DNA of 64,000 bases from Prochlorococcus sp. AG-347-J06 (GCA_003281525.1 QCBT01000004.1:1618-65617), one strand, 5' to 3'; shown: positions 10,433 to 22,511, counted from the first letter of the stretch. A program made the numbers and translations. The notes: a model not told the origin generated them from the letters alone.

Positions 10433-12742
10433 ATGTCCGAGGCAGCTGCAAATTCAAAAGAAAAAAACGAAATTGAAGTTTCCAAAACTATTTTGCCTGA
10501 TAATAAAAAATATGAAAGTGAATCTTTGAATTATCAAATAAACATTCCCGATTGGCTTCTTAAAGATATTCATAATTTTGAAAAATCAAATAAAGAAAAT
10601 GATGAGAATCAAAACCTTATAGTAAAGGCTTTTAAACTTGCTTATAAAGCTCATGATGGACAATTCCGTGCGAGCGGCGAGCCATACATTATCCACCCGG
10701 TTGCTGTTGCAAATCTCCTTAAAGAAATAGGTGCTAGTTCATCTGTTATTGCTGCAGGCCTTTTACATGATGTGGTTGAAGATACTGGCATTGATTTATC
10801 TGAAATAGAAACAAATTTTGGATTAGAAGTAAAAATACTTGTAGAGGGTGTAACAAAATTAGGCGGCATTCACTTTAACAACAGGACTGAAGCACAAGCT
10901 GAAAATCTTAGGAAAATGTTTTTGGCTATGGCCAGCGATATCAGAGTTGTCTTAGTTAAACTTGCAGATCGACTTCATAACATGAGAACAATTGAATGGC
11001 TAAATGATGAGAAAAAACTAAGAATAGCTAGAGAAACAAGAGAGATTTATGCACCATTAGCTAATCGACTAGGAATAAACAGATTTAAATGGGAATTAGA
11101 AGATTTAGCTTTTAAATTCCTAGAACCTAAAGAATATCTAGATCTTAAAGATCAAATCGCCGTTAAAAGAAGTGATAGAGAAAAAAGATTAAAAGTAACT
11201 TTGAATCTTATGAAGGAAAACTTGATTTCAGCGGGTTTGAAAAATTTTGAAATAACAGGAAGGCCAAAACATCTTTATGGCATCTGGAGCAAAATGGAAA
11301 GACAACAAAAGCATTTTCACGAGATTTATGATGTTGCTGCCCTAAGAATTATCGTAGACAATTCAGATAGTTGTTATAGAGCTTTAGCAGTTGTTCATGA
11401 TACTTTCAAACCAATTCCAGGTAGATTTAAAGACTATATAGGATTACCAAAACCCAATGGATATCAGTCCTTACACACTTCTGTGATTGGAAGACATCGA
11501 CCTATTGAAGTTCAAATTAGAACTACTTCGATGCATCAAATTGCTGAATATGGTATTGCCGCTCATTGGCAATATAAAGAGGGTGGTTCTCCTGCTAAAA
11601 GTAATGCCGAGAGATTTAATTGGCTAAGACAATTAGTAGAATGGCAACAAGAAGGTAATGAAAGGGATCATAATGATTATTTAGCTTCAATCAAAGAAGA
11701 TTTATTTGATGAAGAAGTATTTGTAATCACTCCAAAAGGAGATGTTGTTGGTTTAAGGAAAGGATCTACCGCGATAGATTTCGCCTACAGAATCCATTCT
11801 GAAGTTGGAAATCACTGTAATGGAATAAGAATTAATGAAAAGCTTTCTCCATTATCTACAGCACTTCAAAATGGTGACTTCATAGAAATTTTGACAAGTA
11901 ATAATGCTACTCCAAGCTTGGATTGGCTGAACTTTGTAGTTACGCCAACTGCTAAAAATAGAATTCGCCAATGGTATAAGAAAAGCCATCGTGATGAAAC
12001 GATTAAAAGAGGTAGAGATTTACTTGAAAAAGAAGTAGGTAGAAACGGTTTTGAAGCATTACTTTCTAGTGAAGCCATGAAAAAAGTTGCAAATCGATGC
12101 AATTTAAAAACTACTGAAGACCTTCTTGCATCTCTTGGTTTTGGTGGTTTAACTTTGCATCAAGTTTTAAACAGACTAAGAGAAGAAATAAAATTACAGA
12201 CAGAAGATGTAAAAAATGATTCTGACTCTGAAATAGCAAAATCTCTTAAAAGAAATAATAATTTATCCACTAATCAATCTAATACAGCAGCTAAATCACC
12301 AATTTCCGGGATAGAAGGTCTTGATTACAGAATAGGTAAATGCTGTTCCCCACTCCCAGGCGAGGATATTATCGGAACTGTGTCACTCGGCAACCATGGG
12401 ATAACTATACATAGGGAAGATTGTGAAAATGTAATACCAATTCCAATAGAGAGAAGATTGCCTGTCGGTTGGAATCAAGATAATAAAACTGGCGATAATA
12501 AGTTTCCAATTCAGCTACGAATAGAAGTAATTGATCGAGTTGGAGTTCTTAAAGATATTCTTATGCGGTTATCTGATAAAGGTATAAACGTTAGTGATGC
12601 CAATGTTAAAACTGCTTATGGTAAACCAGCTATTATAAATCTTTGTGTAGGTCTTGAAAGTTATAATCAACTTCACAAAACAATTGAACAAATTAAATCA
12701 TTGGCAGATGTTTTAGATATTGCCAGAGTTGGACAAAATTAA
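10433..12742 (+). CDS. spoT: Bifunctional (p)ppGpp synthetase/hydrolase
   Basis: HD domain (LLHDVVED), KPNGYQSLHT, EVQIRT, TGS and ACT domains. Confidence 0.97.
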   Translation: MSEAAANSKEKNEIEVSKTILPDNKKYESESLNYQINIPDWLLKDIHNFEKSNKENDENQNLIVKAFKLAYKAHDGQFRASGEPYIIHPVAVANLLKEIGASSSVIAAGLLHDVVEDTGIDLSEIETNFGLEVKILVEGVTKLGGIHFNNRTEAQAENLRKMFLAMASDIRVVLVKLADRLHNMRTIEWLNDEKKLRIARETREIYAPLANRLGINRFKWELEDLAFKFLEPKEYLDLKDQIAVKRSDREKRLKVTLNLMKENLISAGLKNFEITGRPKHLYGIWSKMERQQKHFHEIYDVAALRIIVDNSDSCYRALAVVHDTFKPIPGRFKDYIGLPKPNGYQSLHTSVIGRHRPIEVQIRTTSMHQIAEYGIAAHWQYKEGGSPAKSNAERFNWLRQLVEWQQEGNERDHNDYLASIKEDLFDEEVFVITPKGDVVGLRKGSTAIDFAYRIHSEVGNHCNGIRINEKLSPLSTALQNGDFIEILTSNNATPSLDWLNFVVTPTAKNRIRQWYKKSHRDETIKRGRDLLEKEVGRNGFEALLSSEAMKKVANRCNLKTTEDLLASLGFGGLTLHQVLNRLREEIKLQTEDVKNDSDSEIAKSLKRNNNLSTNQSNTAAKSPISGIEGLDYRIGKCCSPLPGEDIIGTVSLGNHGITIHREDCENVIPIPIERRLPVGWNQDNKTGDNKFPIQLRIEVIDRVGVLKDILMRLSDKGINVSDANVKTAYGKPAIINLCVGLESYNQLHKTIEQIKSLADVLDIARVGQN

Positions 12743-12760
12743 TTTTAAAATCAGATCAAT

Positions 12761-13204
12761 CTATCTTTTACTTTTTATCTTGTAGATAAAGAAAACAATA
12801 CTGCCGCAAATCAAAGCTAATAAAATACCTACACAAGATGAACCTAAGAGTAATTTTAAGGAAAAAATTCTACCTTGTTTCCATAAGTCATCAATAACTA
12901 AACTTTTTTCAAGAATTTTATTAGAAGGATTTTTTAAAAAAATCGAACCAACTTTATAGTTAAAATAATAAAGTGGAATATAAGTAAAAGGGTTGCTGAT
13001 CCAGGTACCAATTGCAGCTAGAACAATATTTCCCTTAGCTATTTTTGCAAAAAATACTCCCATTAAAGTCTGAAAACCAAAAAATGGAAAGCAACCACTA
13101 AATACCCCTATAGCTAAACCTTTAGCATTAAAGAAAGGACTTCCATTCTGAATCCTAAATAATGATAGAATTTTCTTATAGGTAATATCTCTTTTAAATC
13201 TCAT
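12761..13204 (-). CDS. DUF2062-family membrane protein
   Basis: A.G.AIGVF.G.FP..G.QT and WISNPFT motifs; hydrophobic segments. Confidence 0.8.
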   Translation of the reverse strand: MRFKRDITYKKILSLFRIQNGSPFFNAKGLAIGVFSGCFPFFGFQTLMGVFFAKIAKGNIVLAAIGTWISNPFTYIPLYYFNYKVGSIFLKNPSNKILEKSLVIDDLWKQGRIFSLKLLLGSSCVGILLALICGSIVFFIYKIKSKR

Positions 13205-13270
13205 TCAGAAAGAAAATTTCAAAATTAAATTCTTGATAATCTTACTTAATTATCCATAACAAAGCGAGAG

Positions 13271-14653
13271 ATGGATTCGATAGTTACTACAGAAGATACG
13301 ATAGCCGCAATTGCTTCAGCTATAAGTATTGGGAACGGAGGAGTTGCGATAATAAGAGTATCAGGGAAAGACGCAATAAATTCTTGCAAAAAGATTGTTC
13401 AAACTAAATCTAAATATGCATGGGAATCACATAGGGTTTTTCGTGGTTTTATTCAGGAAAATAAACAAAATAAATTTATAGATGAGGTTTTAATTTTAGT
13501 GATGAAATCCCCAAATAGCTTTACAGGAGAGGATGTAGTTGAACTTCATTGCCATGGCGGAATTATCATAGTAAATAAAGTTTTAAAGATATTATTATCT
13601 AGTAATTCTAGAGTTAGACTTGCAAACCCAGGAGAATTTAGTCAAAGAGCTTTTCTTAATGGGAAAATAGACCTTACTCAAGCCGAGTCGATTAATCAAT
13701 TAATTAATGCAAGCAATACCAGATCAGCAGAGTTAGCCTTTAGCGGGGTTCAAGGAGAAATAAAGAAAAAAATTGATGATATTAAAAATGACCTTATAAA
13801 TCAACTTTGCGAAATAGAAGCGAGAGTTGATTTTGAAGAAGACTTCACAGATTTTGATTACACCAAATATCTAAAAAACATTAAAAAAGTCAAAGAAAAA
13901 ATAGAATTACTAATAGAAAATGCAAAAAGAAATTCATATATTCACAATGGAATATCCATTGCGCTTATAGGTAAAACTAATGTTGGTAAAAGCTCTTTAT
14001 TAAATTTGCTTGCAAAAAAAGAGAAAGCAATCGTAACTAATATACCTGGAACAACTAGAGATGTTATTGAAGTTAATTTAACTATTAATGATATTCCAAT
14101 GAAAATAATTGATACTGCTGGAATAAGAGAAACTCATGAACAAATTGAAAGTATTGGAATTAAAAAAAGTTTTGGGAAAATAAAAGAGTCAGATTTTATA
14201 ATTTATATTTATAGTCTTGAAGAAGGATTTAATGAAGAAGACAAAAAAATAATACAAGAAATTCCCAAAGAAAAATTAATTACTATTTTGGGCAATAAAA
14301 AAGATTTAATTGATTGCAAACATATTAATTCAAATGAGTTAAAAAACACAATTCTTATGAGTATTAAGAATAATGATGGTGAGAGATTATTAATAGACAC
14401 AATTATAAAAAAATGCGGATTAAAACAAGTAGAAAATATCAATATATTTTTAAACGAAAGACATATAACAAATTTGTCTGCTTGCTTATCTAATTTAAAT
14501 GATACTGATGAAATAATTGAAAATAAATTGCCATTTGATTTGTTATCAATTGAGCTGAGAGATGGAATTCAAAACTTATCTAAAATAACTGGTCAAGAAT
14601 TAACAGAGGAACTTCTGGATAATATTTTTTCTAAGTTTTGCATTGGTAAATAA
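13271..14653 (+). CDS. mnmE: tRNA modification GTPase MnmE
   Basis: [32 protein letters not shown]-terminal FCIGK. Confidence 0.98.
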   Translation: MDSIVTTEDTIAAIASAISIGNGGVAIIRVSGKDAINSCKKIVQTKSKYAWESHRVFRGFIQENKQNKFIDEVLILVMKSPNSFTGEDVVELHCHGGIIIVNKVLKILLSSNSRVRLANPGEFSQRAFLNGKIDLTQAESINQLINASNTRSAELAFSGVQGEIKKKIDDIKNDLINQLCEIEARVDFEEDFTDFDYTKYLKNIKKVKEKIELLIENAKRNSYIHNGISIALIGKTNVGKSSLLNLLAKKEKAIVTNIPGTTRDVIEVNLTINDIPMKIIDTAGIRETHEQIESIGIKKSFGKIKESDFIIYIYSLEEGFNEEDKKIIQEIPKEKLITILGNKKDLIDCKHINSNELKNTILMSIKNNDGERLLIDTIIKKCGLKQVENINIFLNERHITNLSACLSNLNDTDEIIENKLPFDLLSIELRDGIQNLSKITGQELTEELLDNIFSKFCIGK

Positions 14654-14735
14654 ATTTGAGTTAAATTACATAGTGATATATAGTTGATTCTCTAACTTCA
14701 GTTAAATTTTTATTAATTAATTATTTCTTAGTTTA

Positions 14736-15602
14736 GTGGATTTAAATACTCCAATAATAAGTAAAATCATTGATAATTGGATCGATGAAGATATAGGTAG
14801 GGGAGATCTTACAAGTTCCTCTATTACAGAAGAGAATGGTAATGCATATTGGATTGCAAAAGAAGAGGGTATATTCTGCGGGGTTGAAATTATAAAAGAA
14901 ATTTTTAGAAAAATTGATTTAAAAATCAGTCCAAAATTTAATATCTCTGATGGAGATAAATTTGTTAAAGATCAAAAACTCTTAGAAATATATGGGCCTT
15001 CAAAAAGTTTACTCGCAAGTGAAAGGATCAGCTTAAATATAGCAATGCATTTATCTGGAATATCAACATATACAAAGAATCTTACAGATAAATTAGAAGG
15101 CACAAATATAAAATTAGCAGATACTAGGAAAACGACTCCTGGCTTAAGAATATTTGAAAAATATGCATTTAAATGCGGAGGTGGGGTGAATCATAGAATG
15201 GGATTATACGATGCTGCTATGATCAAAGAAAATCATATTGCATGGACAGATAATCTTAAGAATGCAGTACAAAATATTCGCCTAAATTCGCCTTTTACAA
15301 CTCATATCATAATTGAAGCTGAGAATATCGACCAGGCAAAAGAAGCAGTATTAGCAGGAGCGGATAGTGTCTTATTAGATGAACTTAGTCCTGAAATAAT
15401 CAAAAAAAACGTTCAAGAATTAAGAGAGTTATCAATTAATAGTCTACAAAAAGAAGTCAATAAAAATTTGATAATAGAAGTTTCTGGAATAAACCCTCAA
15501 GAAATTAGTAAATATCTAATAAAAGGTATTGATTTGATTTCAACAAGTTCTTCAATCACCAAAAGTAATTGGATTGATTTGAGTATGCGTTATATTAATT
15601 AA
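14736..15602 (+). CDS. nadC: Quinolinate phosphoribosyltransferase
   Basis: ED..RGDLT, DTRKTTPGLR, NHRMGLYD, IKENH. Confidence 0.97.
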   Translation: MDLNTPIISKIIDNWIDEDIGRGDLTSSSITEENGNAYWIAKEEGIFCGVEIIKEIFRKIDLKISPKFNISDGDKFVKDQKLLEIYGPSKSLLASERISLNIAMHLSGISTYTKNLTDKLEGTNIKLADTRKTTPGLRIFEKYAFKCGGGVNHRMGLYDAAMIKENHIAWTDNLKNAVQNIRLNSPFTTHIIIEAENIDQAKEAVLAGADSVLLDELSPEIIKKNVQELRELSINSLQKEVNKNLIIEVSGINPQEISKYLIKGIDLISTSSSITKSNWIDLSMRYIN

Positions 15603-15629
15603 TCATATAGATAAATAATTGAATAATTA

Positions 15630-17444
15630 ATGCTAATCATTTTTAAAGAATTAACAAAACAATTTGAACAATCTCTTTTAGATAGTCTTGAAAAAAATGA
15701 TAAAAAAGGAGAATTCGCAATTCTTAGCAAGAATTTAATTACACAATCATCAAAAGAGGAATTTGGTGATTATCAATGTAATGTTTGTTTAAGTTTATCT
15801 AAAATATATAAAAAGAACCCAAGAGATATTTCTAATGATTTTATTAACCTTTTAAATAAAAATAAAAGCATAGCAAAATTATGTAAGAGTCTAGAAATAG
15901 CTGGACCTGGATTTATAAATATAAAATTAAAAGATGAGGTTCTAATAAATGAAATTAAGTCAAATATTCAATGCAATAGGGCTGGCATACCTCTAATTAG
16001 AAAAGATTTAGATAGTGGTTTGTCCAATAAAGTTATTGTAGATTTTTCAAGCCCTAATATTGCTAAAGAAATGCATGTAGGGCATTTAAGATCAACAATA
16101 ATAGGTGACTCAATATCTAGAATTTTCGAGTTAAGAGGTTATGAAGTATTAAGACTCAATCATGTTGGTGATTGGGGAACACAATTTGGCATGCTTATTA
16201 CTCAGCTCAAAGATTTATATTCAAATGATCTAGAAGAAATAGGAAAGATCAAGATAAGTGATTTAGTTGAATTTTATAAAGAATCAAAAAAAAGATTTGA
16301 TAACGAATCTAAATTCCAAAAAAGATCTAGAGAGGAAGTAGTTAAGTTACAAAGTGGAGATATTAAATCGATTAAAGCTTGGAAATTATTATGTGATCAA
16401 TCAAGGAAAGAATTTGATGAAATCTATAAAAATTTAAAAATAAAAATAGAAGAAAGAGGTGAATCTTTTTATAATCCCTTCTTAAAATCAGTTATTGATG
16501 ATTTGAATTTAGAAAAAATATTAGTAGAAGATCAAGGAGCAAAATGTGTATTTTTAGATGGGATGACTAATAAAGAAGGCAAACCTTTTCCGCTAATTAT
16601 TCAAAAAAAAGATGGAGGTTTTAATTATGCCACCACAGACCTTGCTGCTATAAGATACAGATTCAATAAACCTCCTAATGGCGATGATGCTTCAAGAATT
16701 ATTTATGTAACTGATCATGGGCAAGCAAATCATTTTGCTGGAGTTTTTCAAGTTGCAAAAAAAGCAAAATGGATCCCAGAAAATTGTCAAGTAGACCATG
16801 TCCCTTTTGGGTTAGTTCAAGGAATTGATGGCAAAAAACTTAAGACAAGAGAAGGTGAAACAATACGCCTAAAAGATTTATTAAATGAAGCAGTTAGAAG
16901 AGCAAAAGAAGATTTATTGAAAAGATTAGAAGATGAAGATCGTTATGAGACCGAAGAGTTTATAGCAAATACTTCAAGAATTATTGGATTAGGAGCTGTA
17001 AAGTATGCAGATTTAAGTCAAAATAGGATTACTAATTATCAATTTAGTTTTGATAAAATGCTTTCCCTTAATGGTAATACTGCTCCTTATTTGTTATACA
17101 CACTTGTAAGAATTTTAGGAATTAAAAGAAAAAATGATTTTGTTTATGAATCTAAAGATTTTCAGTACGTAAATTATGAAAATAAATCTGAGTGGAAACT
17201 TATCAGAAAATTACTTAGGTTCGATGAAGTCATAATTTCTATTGAAAAAGACTTAATGCCAAATAGATTATGCAATTATCTGTTCGAGCTATGTCAGACT
17301 TTTAATAGATTCTATGATCAAGTTCCAATCCTCAAAGAAGAAAAAAATATAAAAATCTCTAGGCTTAATTTATGTGATCTAACTGCAAAAACACTAAAAT
17401 TAAGCTTAGAGCTTTTAGGAATTGAAACTTTAGAAAGAATGTAA
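15630..17444 (+). CDS. argS: Arginine--tRNA ligase
   Basis: [30 protein letters not shown]-terminal ERM. Confidence 0.99.
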   Translation: MLIIFKELTKQFEQSLLDSLEKNDKKGEFAILSKNLITQSSKEEFGDYQCNVCLSLSKIYKKNPRDISNDFINLLNKNKSIAKLCKSLEIAGPGFINIKLKDEVLINEIKSNIQCNRAGIPLIRKDLDSGLSNKVIVDFSSPNIAKEMHVGHLRSTIIGDSISRIFELRGYEVLRLNHVGDWGTQFGMLITQLKDLYSNDLEEIGKIKISDLVEFYKESKKRFDNESKFQKRSREEVVKLQSGDIKSIKAWKLLCDQSRKEFDEIYKNLKIKIEERGESFYNPFLKSVIDDLNLEKILVEDQGAKCVFLDGMTNKEGKPFPLIIQKKDGGFNYATTDLAAIRYRFNKPPNGDDASRIIYVTDHGQANHFAGVFQVAKKAKWIPENCQVDHVPFGLVQGIDGKKLKTREGETIRLKDLLNEAVRRAKEDLLKRLEDEDRYETEEFIANTSRIIGLGAVKYADLSQNRITNYQFSFDKMLSLNGNTAPYLLYTLVRILGIKRKNDFVYESKDFQYVNYENKSEWKLIRKLLRFDEVIISIEKDLMPNRLCNYLFELCQTFNRFYDQVPILKEEKNIKISRLNLCDLTAKTLKLSLELLGIETLERM

Positions 17445-18553
17445 TGAATGATTTTGATCCATATAATAATCTTTTCCCAAAACCAAGAGAAGAAATAATA
17501 AATATGCAGTCTTACTCTGCACCTTTAGAAAATAGAAGAAATTTACTACGCTTAGACTTTAATGAAAATACTTTAGGTCCAAGTCCTAAGGTTTTAGAGG
17601 CATTAAAAGCGATAAAATTAGATGAGATATCAATTTATCCAGAATATAATTTTTTAAAAAAATTTTTATGTGATAAATATCTTGATTCAAGAAAATTTGG
17701 TAATGATGAAATTGGAATTTTCAATGGAGCAGATGCAGCAATAAATTCAATTTTCAATTGCTTTGGAGAAAAAGATCAGATATTTCTAACCACAAATCCA
17801 ACTTTTGGTTACTATTCTCCTTGTGCAGAAATCCGAGGAATGAAAAAAATAAGTTGTTCTTACATTGGAGAAAATTTTCTATTCCCCATCGAAGAATTTA
17901 GGGAAAAAATAATAAAGCATAATCCAAAGTTAATATTTATTTGCAATCCAAATAATCCAACAGGAACTGTTCTAAGCTCCCATGAAATAATTAATTTAGC
18001 CAATATCAATAATGATTCATTAATAGTTGTTGATGAACTATATGAAAAATTTAATGGAGATAGTCTTCTTGAATCGATAGATTTTGAAAAGAATAAAAAT
18101 ATACTAATAATCCAATCTCTTTCAAAAACTGCAGGTCTAGCTGGTTTAAGAATAGGTTTTACTTTTGGCAATAAAAGTTTAATTCAGTACATTAATAAAG
18201 TTACAGGACCATATGATGTAAACAGCTTTGCTATAACAGCTGCATTAGCAGCACTTAAAGACAAATCATATATTGATAATTATGTTTTAGAAGTAAAAAA
18301 GGCGAGGGAATGGATTTTAAATAAATTTAAATCAACAAAAATCAGAACTCACTTTAGTGGAGGTAATTATTTCTTAATTTGGCCAAAAAAAGATCCTAAA
18401 ATCTTAATACAACAGATGAGAGAAAAAGGTATTCTTATTAGAAGTATGGAAAACAAAAAAGATATCAGTAATTCTATAAGGGTTAGTATTGGAACTAAAG
18501 AACAAATGATATTTTTCTGGGACAATTACAAGATATTAGATTTAAAAAATTAA
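17444..18553 (+). CDS. hisC: Histidinol-phosphate aminotransferase
   Basis: LDFNEN, CNPNNPTG, SLSKTAGLAGLRIG; TAATG overlap with argS. Confidence 0.85.
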   Translation: MNDFDPYNNLFPKPREEIINMQSYSAPLENRRNLLRLDFNENTLGPSPKVLEALKAIKLDEISIYPEYNFLKKFLCDKYLDSRKFGNDEIGIFNGADAAINSIFNCFGEKDQIFLTTNPTFGYYSPCAEIRGMKKISCSYIGENFLFPIEEFREKIIKHNPKLIFICNPNNPTGTVLSSHEIINLANINNDSLIVVDELYEKFNGDSLLESIDFEKNKNILIIQSLSKTAGLAGLRIGFTFGNKSLIQYINKVTGPYDVNSFAITAALAALKDKSYIDNYVLEVKKAREWILNKFKSTKIRTHFSGGNYFLIWPKKDPKILIQQMREKGILIRSMENKKDISNSIRVSIGTKEQMIFFWDNYKILDLKN

Positions 18554-19275
18554 TTACTGAAAATATAAATTGTATTTTGATCGATTCTTTTAGGTTTTAT
18601 TTGAAAATCTTTTCCAACATATTTTACTTTAAAATCTTTCATATTTTCGATAAATAAATCAGCATTTGAGAAATCACATTCTTTATTAATTTTTTTGCCG
18701 CGTTCAAAGTGAACAGGAATAACTACATTAGGTTTTAGAAGCTTAACTATTTTTGAAGCTTCTTTACCATTGTAAGATTTTATTCCTCCTCCAATTGAAA
18801 TAAACAATATATCTGGATTAGACAAAATAATTTGACTGTTTATATCAATATCACCAGCAGCTCCTCCCATATGAACAATTTTAAGATCATTCTGCTCCCA
18901 ACTCCAAACAGTTGCCATCCCAAATCTTCTTCCATCTACTCTGTCATGTGGTACAGAAATTCCATTTAATAAAATATCCTCAAATTGATAGATTCCTGGG
19001 TCAACGAACATTAATTGATCATTAGGGTTATATCCTTCATCTGGAAGCCTAGAACTAGCCAAAATAAAATCTACGTTGACTTCTTTTGGCTCCTTTAAAT
19101 TACTTGCACAACCTATTGCTTTAAAGGGATTTATAAGAATAGATTTATCTGCACTATTAATTAAAAAACTACTATGCCCCAAACTTTTTATTCCTAAGTT
19201 CCTTGCCAATAATGAGGTAGGTAAAAAAGAGCTAACTAATATCAAAAATAAAAAGTTTTTAATTTGAGAAATCAT
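18550..19275 (-). CDS. MBL-fold protein with signal peptide and degenerate metal site
   Basis: LGHSSFLI, VHMGG, P..VIPVHF motifs; HxHxDH position reads SSRLPDE. Confidence 0.75.
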   Translation of the reverse strand: MISQIKNFLFLILVSSFLPTSLLARNLGIKSLGHSSFLINSADKSILINPFKAIGCASNLKEPKEVNVDFILASSRLPDEGYNPNDQLMFVDPGIYQFEDILLNGISVPHDRVDGRRFGMATVWSWEQNDLKIVHMGGAAGDIDINSQIILSNPDILFISIGGGIKSYNGKEASKIVKLLKPNVVIPVHFERGKKINKECDFSNADLFIENMKDFKVKYVGKDFQIKPKRIDQNTIYIFSN

Positions 19276-19294
19276 AATATTATTTTTTTTTATT

Positions 19295-19891
19295 TTACTT
19301 TTGTTCAGCCATTTTTAGAAAATTACTAATTAATTTATGACCAAATTGCGTCAACACACTTTCAGGATGGAACTGTACCCCATGTAAATGTTTATATTCT
19401 TTATGAGAGATAGCCATAATTGTTGAGTCTTCTAAAGTCGCAGTTATCTCGAAACAAGATGGTAAAGAACTTGAATCAACTATAAGACTATGATATCTAG
19501 TAGCCACAAATGGAGTCTCGATATCTTTAAACAATCCTTTTTGATTATGAAATATTTTGGATGTCTTACCATGCATAAGTTCTTTCCCAACTATAACCTT
19601 ACCTCCAAAAGCTTGGGCCAAAGCTTGATGACCTAAACAAACTCCCAAGGTCGGAATATTTTTAGATAATTTTTTTAGAATTGGCAGACAAATTCCAGAT
19701 TGATCTGGATTACCTGGACCTGGAGATAAGAGAATTCCACCAGGATTTAGTTTGATAATTTCTTCTAGAGTAATTTCATCATTTCTTTTAACTATTAATT
19801 CTTTAGTTATTTCATGCTCAACTGAAAGTTCTCCTAAATATTGAACAAGGTTATAAGTAAAACTATCGTAATTATCAATAACAAGAAACAT
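19295..19891 (-). CDS. trpG: Anthranilate/ADC synthase component II (glutamine amidotransferase)
   Basis: IDNYDSFTYNL, SPGPG, GVCLGHQ, RYHSL, QFHPES. Confidence 0.93.
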   Translation of the reverse strand: MFLVIDNYDSFTYNLVQYLGELSVEHEITKELIVKRNDEITLEEIIKLNPGGILLSPGPGNPDQSGICLPILKKLSKNIPTLGVCLGHQALAQAFGGKVIVGKELMHGKTSKIFHNQKGLFKDIETPFVATRYHSLIVDSSSLPSCFEITATLEDSTIMAISHKEYKHLHGVQFHPESVLTQFGHKLISNFLKMAEQK

Positions 19892-19903
19892 ATTTATATG
19901 GAT

Positions 19904-20314
19904 TTAAAATAACAACTTTATTTTAGGAACAAAGATATATACAGCAATAATAACAGAATTAATGGAAGCTAATAATACTGCTCCTGCAGAAGTATCTTTT
20001 GAAATTTTAGCCAAAATACTAAATTCTTTTTTCACTACTAAATCAACGATTGATTCAATAGATGTGTTCAATATTTCTAATATTAAAACAGACATTATTG
20101 TTGCTATCAAAATAACATAATTACTTAGACTAATTTTGAGTAAAAAACCAATTATTAAACTTGTAACCGCAAAAATTAATTGAATTTTAAAATTTCTTGA
20201 AGTTTTTAATACATAACTAATACCACTGAAAGCATACTTAAAACTCATAAATACATTACTAGAAGTTTTGTATGATTCTTTTCTATTTTCTAAATAGTTT
20301 ATTTTTTTTTCCAT
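19904..20314 (-). CDS. dgkA: Diacylglycerol/undecaprenol kinase family
   Basis: FKYAFSG, EILNTSIESIVD, KDTSAGAVL; three hydrophobic segments; next to ybeY. Confidence 0.88.
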   Translation of the reverse strand: MEKKINYLENRKESYKTSSNVFMSFKYAFSGISYVLKTSRNFKIQLIFAVTSLIIGFLLKISLSNYVILIATIMSVLILEILNTSIESIVDLVVKKEFSILAKISKDTSAGAVLLASINSVIIAVYIFVPKIKLLF

Positions 20315-20320
20315 TGATTT

Positions 20321-20860
20321 TTAATCTAATCGAGTAATTAAATATTCTTGGAAATTTAACATATTTTCTAAATCATGCTCATTATTATGTTCCCATCCCA
20401 AAAGATGTAAAAATCCATGACTAGCCAACCAGATCATCTCTCTATAGATTGAATGTTTGTATACATAAGATTGCTCAAGTGCCATCTCTAATGATATAAA
20501 AATATCTCCTAACTCTATATGATCTAAATTATTTAGAGATTCATCAGAAATAATTGGAAAAGATAGAACATCAGTTGGACCATTTTTTTGCATCCATTTC
20601 TTATTCAAAGAAGCAATTTCTTGATTAGATATTATCTGTAAGCCTAATGAAAAAGATTTTTTTTCAAAAATATAATTTGATAATTCATAATCCTCTTTTT
20701 TTAATATAGTAATTATCCAAGATAAAAAAACTTTTTCCCAAAAAATAGATTCAAAAATAAGATGAGTTTTAGTATCTTTTAACTTATTTGAAAATTGGGA
20801 GAAATCATTACATTGAAAAACCAAATCTAAATTTATTTCAGAAATAATTTTTTCTTTCAT
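20321..20860 (-). CDS. ybeY: rRNA maturation RNase YbeY
   Basis: [26 protein letters not shown]. Confidence 0.96.
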   Translation of the reverse strand: MKEKIISEINLDLVFQCNDFSQFSNKLKDTKTHLIFESIFWEKVFLSWIITILKKEDYELSNYIFEKKSFSLGLQIISNQEIASLNKKWMQKNGPTDVLSFPIISDESLNNLDHIELGDIFISLEMALEQSYVYKHSIYREMIWLASHGFLHLLGWEHNNEHDLENMLNFQEYLITRLD

Positions 20861-20866
20861 ACATTC

Positions 20867-21049
20867 TTAAACTGGAATATTGGGCTTACCTATTGTGGCC
20901 ACAAGTATTAATATCCCAATTAAAACTAGAAAGGTTATTGAAAAATGAGAAATGCTTTTTGAGCCTTTCCTTACCATATTTCTCATAGCAAGCTTTATAA
21001 AGCTTGGAGGAGAAACTTTTTTTTCTAAAATTTCGTTTTTATTTTGCAT
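20867..21049 (-). CDS. Small cyanobacterial membrane protein (DUF3285-like)
   Basis: PPSFIKLAMRNMVRKG followed by one TM helix. Confidence 0.8.
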   Translation of the reverse strand: MQNKNEILEKKVSPPSFIKLAMRNMVRKGSKSISHFSITFLVLIGILILVATIGKPNIPV

Positions 21050-21052
21050 TAG

Positions 21053-22175
21053 TTATTCAAGAGATTCATTAGAAGAAATATTCATACGTAATAATTCATG
21101 AATAAATGGTTCAAGTCCACCATCTAAAACACTATCTAACTCGTTAGTCTCCTGCATAGTCCTAAGATCTTTTACCATTTGATAGGGATGGAAAACATAA
21201 TTTCTTATTTGATTGCCCCATGCAGCTTCCACAATATCACCTTTAATATCAGCAACTTCAGCAGCTCGTTGTTCTTTAGCAATCACTAATAGTTTAGACT
21301 TTAAAAGTAACATAGCTTTTTCTTTATTTTGTAATTGAGATCTTTCTTGAGTACATCTTACTGAAATCCCTGAAGGCAAATGAACAATTCTCACTGCTGT
21401 TTCTACTTTATTAACATTTTGTCCTCCAGCTCCACCGGATCTACTTGTTGTGATTTCTAAATCTTTTTCAGGTATATCAAGTGAAATATTATCATCTAAT
21501 TTTGGCATAACCTCTACCCCAGCAAAGCTGGTTTGTCTTTTGCCATTTGCATTGAAAGGAGAAATTCTTACTAATCTATGAGTTCCTTTTTCATGTTGCA
21601 GATAGCCATATGCATATTTTCCATCAATTTCGAATGTAACACTTTTAATACCTGCTTCTTCTCCTTGAGATAATTCATTAATGACAAGGCTCATTTGATT
21701 ATTATCGGCCCATCTTGAGTACATTCTCAATAAGATTTCTACCCAATCTTGAGCATCTGTTCCACCAGCACCTGCGTTAATAGAAACTACTGCTCCTTCC
21801 TTATCGTATTCACCACATAACAATCTTTCAAATTCCCATTTATCTAAATTCTCTCTTAATTTCTTTAAGCCATGCTTGGATTCCAAAATCATTTCCTCTT
21901 CTGGTTCTAAAGAATAAAGCTCAAGAGAGGCATTAGCATCAGAAATAAAAGTTTTCCATTTATCCAGCAATTCAAGTTGTGCCTTAACATCATCAAGGAT
22001 TAACATTTGTTTTTTCGCTTCTTCTTGATTCTCCCAAAATTCAGGCAGAGCAGAAATTTGCTCTAACTCTTTCCTTTTCGCTTTTAACCTTGGAACGTCA
22101 AAGACAATCCTGAGCATTACCCAGGCGCTCTGTTAGTTCCGAAAGATCTTTTTTGAAATCTGTAATATCTATCAA
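21053..22175 (-). CDS. prfB: Peptide chain release factor 2, expressed via +1 programmed frameshift
   Basis: SPF and GGQ motifs; upstream frame from TTG 22175 [25 protein letters not shown] ends at CTT TGA C (22103-22097); +1 frame continues DVPRLKAKR. Confidence 0.97.
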
Positions 22176-22251
22176 AATAGAATTTAATCGTTATTTATAA
22201 TCTAACAGGCACTTTTGTTTAATAGTATAAACTAAGTATTATTTTAAAAAA

Positions 22252-22506
22252 ATGTCCAAAGTTGAAATTTATACTTGGCAATATTGTCCATTCTGTATTC
22301 GAGCAAAATCACTACTCAAGAAAAAAAATGTAAATTTTACAGAATATAAAATAGATGGCGACGATGATGCCAGAGCATTGATGATTGAAAGAGCTGATGG
22401 TAGAAGAACATTACCACAAATATTTATAGATAATGAGGGTATCGGAGGCTGTGATGATCTCTACACATTAGAAAATGAAAATAAATTAGACGCATTATTA
22501 AACTAG
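22252..22506 (+). CDS. grxC: Glutaredoxin 3
   Basis: CPFC active site, TLPQIFI, GGCDD. Confidence 0.96.
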   Translation: MSKVEIYTWQYCPFCIRAKSLLKKKNVNFTEYKIDGDDDARALMIERADGRRTLPQIFIDNEGIGGCDDLYTLENENKLDALLN

Positions 22507-22511
22507 ATCTT

